Source: Vicugna vicugna (Eukaryota). Taken from it: a DNA stretch of 29,394 nt. The stretch lies in contig MU058004.1 in NCBI GenBank assembly GCA_013265495.1, forward strand, positions 374,001 to 403,394, written 5' to 3'. A program made the position numbers and the translations under genes. This document shows, piece after piece, positions 22,104 through 29,394 of this stretch. The stretch's first letter is position 1. Each line of letters opens with the position of its first letter. Below the pieces are notes generated by a model. The model had not been told where the DNA came from, did no database searches, and worked only from the letters and a program-made list of their open reading frames with translations.

Positions 22104-23182
22104 TGCACTGGCGTTAGTTCATTCTTTTTTATAGCTGAGTAGTATTCCGTTGTATAAATACACCACATCTTCTTTATCCAGTCATCTGTCGATGGACACT
22201 TAGGCTGCTTCCATGTCTTGGCTGTTATAAATATTGCTGCTATGAACACTGGGGTGCATGTGTCTTTTCAAATTAGAGTTCCTTCTGGATACATGCCCAG
22301 GAGTGGAATTCCGGGGTCATATGGTAAGTCTGTTCCTAGTCTTTTGAGGAATCTCCATACTGTTTTCCACAGTGGCTGCACCAACCTGCATTCCCTCCAG
22401 CAGTGGAGGAGGGTTCCCTTTTCTCCACAGCCTCTCCAGCATTTGTCATTTGTGGACTTCTGAATGGTGGCCATTCTGATTGGTGTGAGGTGATACCTCA
22501 CTGTAGTTTTTGATCCACATTTCTCTGATAATTAGTGATATTGAGCATTTTTTAATGTTTCTATTGGCCATTTGTATGTCTTCATTGGAGAACTGCTTGT
22601 TGAGGTCCTCTGCCCATGGTTTGACTGGGTTGTTTGCTTTTGATAGAAGAGCTGTCTGAGCTGACTGTGTATTTTGGAAGTTAGTCCCTTGTCAGCCACA
22701 TCATCTGCAAATATTGTCTCCCGTTCCATAGGCTGTCCTTTGTTTTGTTTATTGTTTCCTTCCCTGTGCAGAAGCTTCTAAGTCTAATTAGACCCCGTTT
22801 GCTTACTTTTGCTTCTGTTTCCATTACTCCACCAGACGGATCCAAAAAATACATCGCTGCGATTTATGTCCAAGACTGTTCTGCCTGTGTTTTCCTCTAG
22901 GAGTTTTACAGTCTCTGGTCTTACATTTGGGTCTTTAATCCATTTCGAGTTTGTTTTTGTACGTGGTGTTAGGGAATGTTCTAACCTCAGCCTTCTGCAG
23001 GCAGCAGTCCAGTTTGCCCAGCACCACTTGCTGAAGAGACTGTCTTTTCTCCGTTGTGTGTTCGTGCCTCCTTTGTCGTGGATTAACTGACCATGACTGT
23101 GTGGGGTTATTTCTGGGCTCTCTGTCCTGTTCCACTGATGTGTCTGGTTTTGTGCCGGTACCATGCTGTTCTGATCACTGTA
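22104..23182 (-). mobile_element. Second young-family L1 fragment (ORF2 C-terminal region), truncated at both ends
   Basis: Colinear with ~3914-4978. ORF2 peptides [40 protein letters not shown]...[18 protein letters not shown] and [10 protein letters not shown]. Confidence 0.93.
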
Positions 23183-23319
23183 TCACTGACCCCCCTACCC
23201 TGATCGGAAGCACAGGAAAGCTGGACTCGGTGACAAGGCGTGGAGAGCCTCTGGCACGTGCTCTGGCACGCACCCCCTGGGAGAGGCTGACCCCGAGCCT
23301 CTCTGAGGCTTCTGCAGTC

Positions 23320-26300
23320 ATGTCAGCCCCCGTATTTTTCACCTCCAGAATCTCTATTTCGTTTCTTTTATAAATTGTGTTTCTTGCCTGTTGCTCATAC
23401 ACTGTGCTGATTTCTCTCAGTTCTTGCTCCATGATTTCCATCAGCTCCGAGCGTGTTTGAGGCAAAGCCCCTGTGAAGTGCGTTCAATCTCAGGCTTTCC
23501 TCATGGATGGGTTCTGTCAAGGGTGGTTCCATGAATGACCCATAGTTTCCTGTGCCTTTCTGTATTTTGTAATTTTTGTCAACAACTGGACATTTTGAAT
23601 ACCGCAGCATGGCAACGCTGGAAGTGAGACGCCCCCTCGCGAAGGCTGCTCCTCTTGCCTGACGAGGGCTGTAGTCTTCCAAGGTTGAGTGACTTCCAAA
23701 GCGTCTTGCGAAGACTGTATTTCTTGTCATATGTGGTCACTAAAGTCTGTCCCTTTAGCTTGTGTTCAGCTAACATTAAAAAAATAAAAAAAAAAAGGAA
23801 GCTCCTCTGCCTTCTGCAATCCCCCAACCCCCGCTGCCACAGAAGCTACTTCAGCTGTGGGTGTTGAAATGATACCCAGACTGGGAATCAGGCCCTCTGC
23901 AAACTACCAGGCAGCTTCATATACACAGCTCAGAGTCTTGGTGGAAAAAGTCCCTTTTCCACCCTGGCCTCAGCAAGTCGTACCAGCAGCGTGGGATGCG
24001 GTCCCCAAGGCTGCGTCCCGCAGGGCTGGACGAGGGGCTGGTAGCTGCCACATGGAATGCCACAATTCACAGAAATGCACCAGAGCTCTCTGTCGGGCAC
24101 TCCCCCGAAGCTGTGTCCTGGGTGCCCTAGTTCAAGACAAGTAATTCTGACACTTCCCACAGGCTCGGTCACCAGTCTGCGGGGACCGACCCCGGGAGCG
24201 TCCGGTCGGAAGGCTCTGACTTACAAACCCGACTTCTTGGCAAGCCTGCTCGGTCTGCTCACTCCTTCTTTAGTGAATGTTGACGGCTTGTGCACGTCAG
24301 GGACTTAGTCTGTCCCACCGGAATGTCCAATTCACGAGCATTCCCACAGGGTTCCTGTGTCAGCGTCTTTGCAGGCGTGGGTGTCGTATGGAGCCTGGAG
24401 TGAAGGTTCCACGTCACGTGCTGCCTGGACTTCCAGCCCAGCTGGGAGGCCTGGGACGGCCTGACGACGAGTCCCCCCGACTGCTCCTGCGATCGAGTCC
24501 CCGTCACACCTCCCTCTGAAACAGGCAGACCAGGTCCAGCTCCTGTTTGTCCCTGGGGAGGTGTTTCAGTTCCCACCGACTCATGGGACTGGTCCCCCCG
24601 TGGGCACGGCCCCCCACGCTACAGAGCCTGCCTCCTGTGGCCCCCGTGTGACCCGGCCTGGCTCAGTGTCCCCTTTCCTCAAGGCGTGAGAATACGGCCT
24701 GATGAACTGCCTACCGCCCGCCTCGTGCACCCAGCCGTGGCCGTGCGCCTGGGGTGGGAGCCGGGCCCCGTCGCCCCGGGGCTCCCCGTGACAGTGGTCA
24801 CCTGCACCCTCCTGTTTCCTCGGTCATTCCGCTTGAGTTAGCTTCTTTTTCAGTTTTCACCCATTTGCTATGGGCTTATCTCATTCTTTTCTAGTTTAAG
24901 GGAGAATCAGTTCTGGGCCTTCTTTCCTCATGTAAGCGTCTAGTGCTATAACTTCCCTGCAGATCCCGTGTCGGCTGCATTTCACGTATCTGGTTGTTTT
25001 CATGTTCATTCTGTTAGCTGTTTTCTGATTCCCTTTGAGTCTTCCTCTTTGAATCATGGATTATTTTAAAATGTAGTGTCTAATTTCCAAACATTTGAGG
25101 ATTTACAAAGTATCTGTTACTGATTTCTAGTTTAATTCCCTAACTGTCAGCATAATTCTGTGATCTTAGTTTTTTAAACCTTTTTTTTTCCTGACCACGC
25201 TTTGGTCTGTGCTGGTGAACTTCTGTGTGCACTTGAAGGGAATGTGCGCCCTGGTGGGCGGAGTGCTCTGTTGTTGCCCGGGGTTGCCCAGGGCTCCTGT
25301 GTGCTGGCTGACGTTGGCCCCCTGTCCGGAACAGTGCTGAGTGTCTGGTGTAACGTGGGCCTGCGGCTCCTCCGGTTCTGCCGGAGCCTCGCGGAGCCGG
25401 CCTTCTGTCTGGCTGCCATGCCTTTCTGTATCAGTGGCGACCTGCCGCGCTTTGAAGTCGGCTGAGGGTGAAATAACGACTCCTGCTGTAGCGGCATCAG
25501 CTGGTGTCTTTCCCTCTCTGTGTTGACAGTGTCTTTGTGCGCAGCTTCCTGCAGACAGCTGTCGCTGGTCCTACGTTTTGATCCCCTTTCACTGGAGCTG
25601 AGAGCGGCTGCTGGGCCGGCTGGACGGACACCTACCCGCGCTGCTGGCGTCTGTTCGCTGCTCTCGTTCTTCATTTGAAAGCGTCACGCCGAGGCTTGCT
25701 GTTTTGCTTGCGTTTATCCTGGTCGGTGTTCTCTGCGCTCCTGGGCCTGCTGTTTGGTGCTGACGTTAGTCAGGAGAGATTCTCAGTCACTGTTGTCTCA
25801 AGTATTTCTTCTGTCCCTCCCTTTCTCCTTCTGGTGTTCCGCGCCGGTCCCGGGATGGAGTCCGCTCCCGAGTCTCTGCCCAGGAAGCCACAACTGCCCC
25901 GGGAAGTCCTCGCCCACTGTCTCCCCTGTCTTGGGGGCAGTGGTTCGCCGTGTCCCTGCCTCTGACAGATCCAAGAAGAGTCGCTGACTTTCAGGCTATT
26001 GAGCTGTTTACTCATTAGGACGAAGCGGCGACGTCCCAGCTCCTCACGTGTGGAAACTGAAAGTGAAGTCCCGCCTCTTTTACCAGGGCCTGCGGTCAGG
26101 TGCTCGGATACGGGGCCTGGCGTCGCGATAAGCTGAGCCTGTCCCACCGGGCACTGTCCTTCCACGTGTCTGGGAACCTTCCTTATTCGGAGCTCCACCC
26201 TGACATCAGTAGAGCCACCCCAGCTTTCTTGCGAGTGTTCGCTCGATGTCTCCTGCCTCCTGTCCTTTCACTTTGACCCCACCCATGTTATCCGCCTGAC

Positions 26301-27600
26301 AGCCTCTTAACTGGGGTGTTCAGACCACCTATACTGAATGTAATCATCAGTAAGACCCCCCTGCACCACTGTTTCTGCTCGCCCCCCGCCCACTTTGGTT
26401 CCTGTCCCCTGCCTCCTTTGCATTACTTCACAGTCTGTGCAGCAATGCATCCTAATCCCCCTTGGCTGCTTATTCTGTCGGTGCAATGAGCTGTTGCACA
26501 GTGGTCGCAGCGCACAGTGCCAGCACCGCCACTCGCCGCCGCCGGCCGTCCTGCCTCCCGCGGGGCTGTCAGCGTGCGTGACGTTTACACACACTGAACA
26601 CCCTAAAAGACAATGTTAGAAGTTTACACTGGAGCTTCAGAATATTCTAAAGAATTTAAGAGGAGAAACTAATTTACTGCGTTTGCTCAGAGGCCCATGG
26701 CTCCGTGGGCCTCCTTCACGCTGAAGTCCCAGAGTTCCTATTTCCCTTTTGCCTGAAGACCTGCCTTCAGCATTTCCTTCTGAGCAGCTCTCCTGGCTAA
26801 GAAGTCTCAGTTTTCCTTCATCTAAGACTGTCTTTCTTTCCTCCACACTCCTGACGTCTTCTGCGGATACAGTATTCTAGATCGAGTTACCTGCAGCCCT
26901 TTCCGCCTCTTCTTGTCCCATGGCCTCCGCGGTTTCTGATGAGAAATCTGCACTCACACTGGTGTCACTCTGTGCAGCAGGTCACCGTCTTTTGCCGCTT
27001 TCAAGACAAAACACTTCAGGTTCAGCAGAGTCGGTGCTGTTTCTCCACATGGCTTTTCCTTGAGTTCAGCCTACCTGGGGTTCACTGAGCTTTGTGAATC
27101 TTTACATTCATCTTTTCCCAAACCTGAGACATTTTCAGGCATTATTAAAAAAAATTTTTTTAACATCAATCTTTCTCCTTTCGCTGGAATCCGTTAACCC
27201 AGAGTACTTAGATCTTTTTATATTGCCCCACAGTCCCTAAGGCTAAGGTTTGTTTCCAAACATTCTTCTGTTCATCCACTGAATTTTTCACTTGTTATTT
27301 TTAACCTCTATAACTTTTGGTCCGTACTTCATGGAGAATGGTCATAGTAATTAAAACCAAAACAGCTACATCTTTCTGATTGTTCCAACACGCTCAGGTC
27401 AACACCTGGTGATTTTCTTTCCCCATCAGACTCCTGGCTCTCTGTACCGCGTAATTCTGGACTGTGTCCTGCACGTTGTGAGCCTGAGTCTTATTAAAAT
27501 CCTCTAGGGGATGCTGATTTATTTTTTTCAAGCAGGCAAACCACCTGTCTAGGTTCAGACTGGACGTGCTGACCTGCCTTCTGTGGGCTGTGGTTCTACG
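23320..27600 (-). mobile_element. Patchwork of old L1 5'UTR/ORF1/endonuclease-region fragments
   Basis: ORF1 coiled-coil-like peptide KRNEIEILEVKNT (ORF 23175..23465); EN-region motif tctgttactgatttctagtttaattccc (~25110); ORF1 motifs agtttttccttcatctaagactgtcttt and gtttctgatgagaaatctgc (~26810-26950). Interrupted and heavily diverged. Confidence 0.5.
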
Positions 27601-29368
27601 TCGGCTGTTTCCTGGGCTTGGCAGTGCTGTCTGGGGCCATCGTTACGGGAGTTCAGCAAGTAAGCCTTTGCCCTGCTTCCTCAGGTCAGTTCCCAGCATG
27701 TGCAGCTCCGGGTGAGCCAGGACGTCACACTGCATCAGGGGACCTTGCTCTGCCCACCTCTTGGCCTCTCTGGCTCCACACCTCCTGTGCCCCAGGGACC
27801 CCTTTTCCTGGCCCTTGGCCCACAGGCTCAGGTGTGAACCCCCCTGAGACACTGCACACTCCTTGGGGCCAAAGAAAAACATCTCTCCCTCCCACCCCCA
27901 CCCCCTCTGGACTGGAGCCGCCCTTTTTCCCCTTCCTCTTCCCGGAGTCCCCAGTGCCCCTCACTGTGCCCACGGGGCCCTTTCCTCCTGGTCCCTCTGT
28001 GCACCCCCGACAGGCACTCCTGGAGTCCACACCAGGAGACGCCAGACAGAAAGCACTCAGGAAAATCTCCACCATCTCAGTTCTTCCAGGTTTAAACCCT
28101 GCTAGTTTTCTTCTCCGAGGGCCGAGACAGCTGCTTTCTTTGTTCTGTCAGCGGCCGAGTCCCGGTGAGAGTGTGCTTACAGCACCGGGACCTCAGAAGG
28201 ACGTTTCTAACCCCAGAGATTCTATGCCTACAGGCCTGGTCCTCTCAGCAGAGGTCAGCTGAGAGCCATGCTGCACCTCCCCTTGCTGCGGCCATGAACA
28301 CGGAGGCGGAGCGGGGCCCGTCCTGGACCAGGACTCCACAGGACGCTGAGCTCGGGCCTGCGGGCCATAGTCGGCATCACCGCAAACTCGGGGGCGTCTC
28401 CCCTCCCTACTTAGGCCGCAGCTTACAGTCCGCGACTGCACACAGGCTCCCGAGCCCGGTGTCTTCCCACCAGACGGCGTGGCCCTCAGCGTGGCGCTCC
28501 CGCTGAGGTGCTCCTGCTGCGTGAAAACCTGTTACCAGAGTCACTGCACTGGTTCGTGTATCTGAAGTCCTCTTCCCTGCAACCAGCCTTTTTCCTGGAT
28601 AAAGGGAGGCCATCCTGTTTGACTCGGTTTAACCTCAAGAAGGCAACACGAATGAATCACCAGTCGCTCTTCCCGAGCGAGACTGGGTTAAGACCTAGCG
28701 CATTTTAGGCACCGGGTGATGTAGAAAGGGCAGCACACCTGAAGACCAGGTGTGAAGGCGTCCCTCTGATGGGAGCGTCTCTCAGCCGTGGGGGCTTCTT
28801 TCACGCACATGGACTGTCCCCTAGCCAGGGCGGGGGCTCTCCCTGGGAGCGCCCCTGGCACACAGTCAGCTGCACTCGGCTCCTGGGGGCCCCTGTCACC
28901 ACATCCGGGGCCCCTCCAGGACACCAGTGGTCCTGGCCACTGGACGATCAACGTGTTAACAGTGTGGCAACTTCACCAGCCACGTGCCCCCTTAGAGAAG
29001 GTCCTTCTCTCACGGAGGACGATCTCGAGTTGTTGCAATGAGCTTTCTCAAGCCGAGGGGCAAATCTGCAGAAGAAATGGTAGCAGCAGCTTTAAAACTC
29101 CAACGTGGTGGACAGAAGCCAGCAGACGCTGTCATCCCTGCCTGAGGCCCAGGGCCTTTTCCACGTGCAAGTGCTCGGGCCCCTTCTCGTGGCCGAGCCT
29201 CCGAGCCTGCACGGCCGTCACCACAGCAGCGCCTTCGAATACTCGCACCAGCACGCTAGGCCTCGATGCTCAGAAAGGAGCACCACGTCTAAGAGCAGAA
29301 AGGCGGTGCCAGCGTGAGCTCACCACAGCGACAATGATACTCGATGCAGTTAAAATTGATAAAAATAT

Positions 29369-29374
29369 TTTATT
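29369..29374 (-). terminator. Candidate poly(A) signal of a convergently transcribed neighbour (FOXK2 expected from human synteny)
   Basis: The - strand reads AATAAAatatttttatcaattttaac in an AT-rich island, followed by GT-rich gtatcattgtcgctgtggtg. Gene identity is inferred from synteny only. Confidence 0.4.
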
Positions 29375-29394
29375 GAATTTCAGGACCTTGGTAC

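Noticed and set aside
23778..23797. A-run containing AATAAA as an alternative poly(A) site
   Set aside because: Lies within an A-tract amid L1 debris with no downstream GU element or clear TSD; more likely a simple repeat or internal-priming site.
1..29394. CRISPR arrays, tRNA/rRNA genes, prokaryotic operons or defence systems
   Set aside because: The sequence is spliced mammalian DNA; no regularly spaced repeats or structured RNA gene signatures were seen.

Overview
Mammalian genomic DNA; the style of the young L1 3' end and the absence of recognisable ruminant, pig or primate SINEs suggest a camelid-like artiodactyl (inference). The window holds the last eight coding exons (exons 3-10 by human numbering) of WDR45B/WIPI3, a PROPPIN autophagy beta-propeller, on the + strand (8089-15701). 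All splice sites are GT-AG, the phases are consistent, and a ~1 kb 3'UTR ends at AATAAA 16658-16663. Exons 1-2 lie upstream of the window. The rest is intronic or intergenic and rich in repeats: a MIR, a hAT/Charlie transposase fossil, a 2.7 kb 5'-truncated young L1 with a 15-bp TSD nested inside an older L1, a second young L1 fragment and many old, GC-drifted L1 pieces, all on the - strand. A - strand AATAAA at the right edge may be the end of the convergent neighbour (FOXK2 in human synteny). The most unusual signal is at ~186-2400 in WDR45B intron 2. There, an ordered series of - strand exon-like segments (signal-peptide-like exon, then peptides resembling an OSMR/LIFR/gp130-type cytokine-receptor ectodomain) carries stops, frameshifts and a tiny TSD-flanked retro-insertion. 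It is a candidate decayed nested antisense gene that needs computational confirmation. Most ORFs in the supplied track are spurious products of GC-rich sequence.
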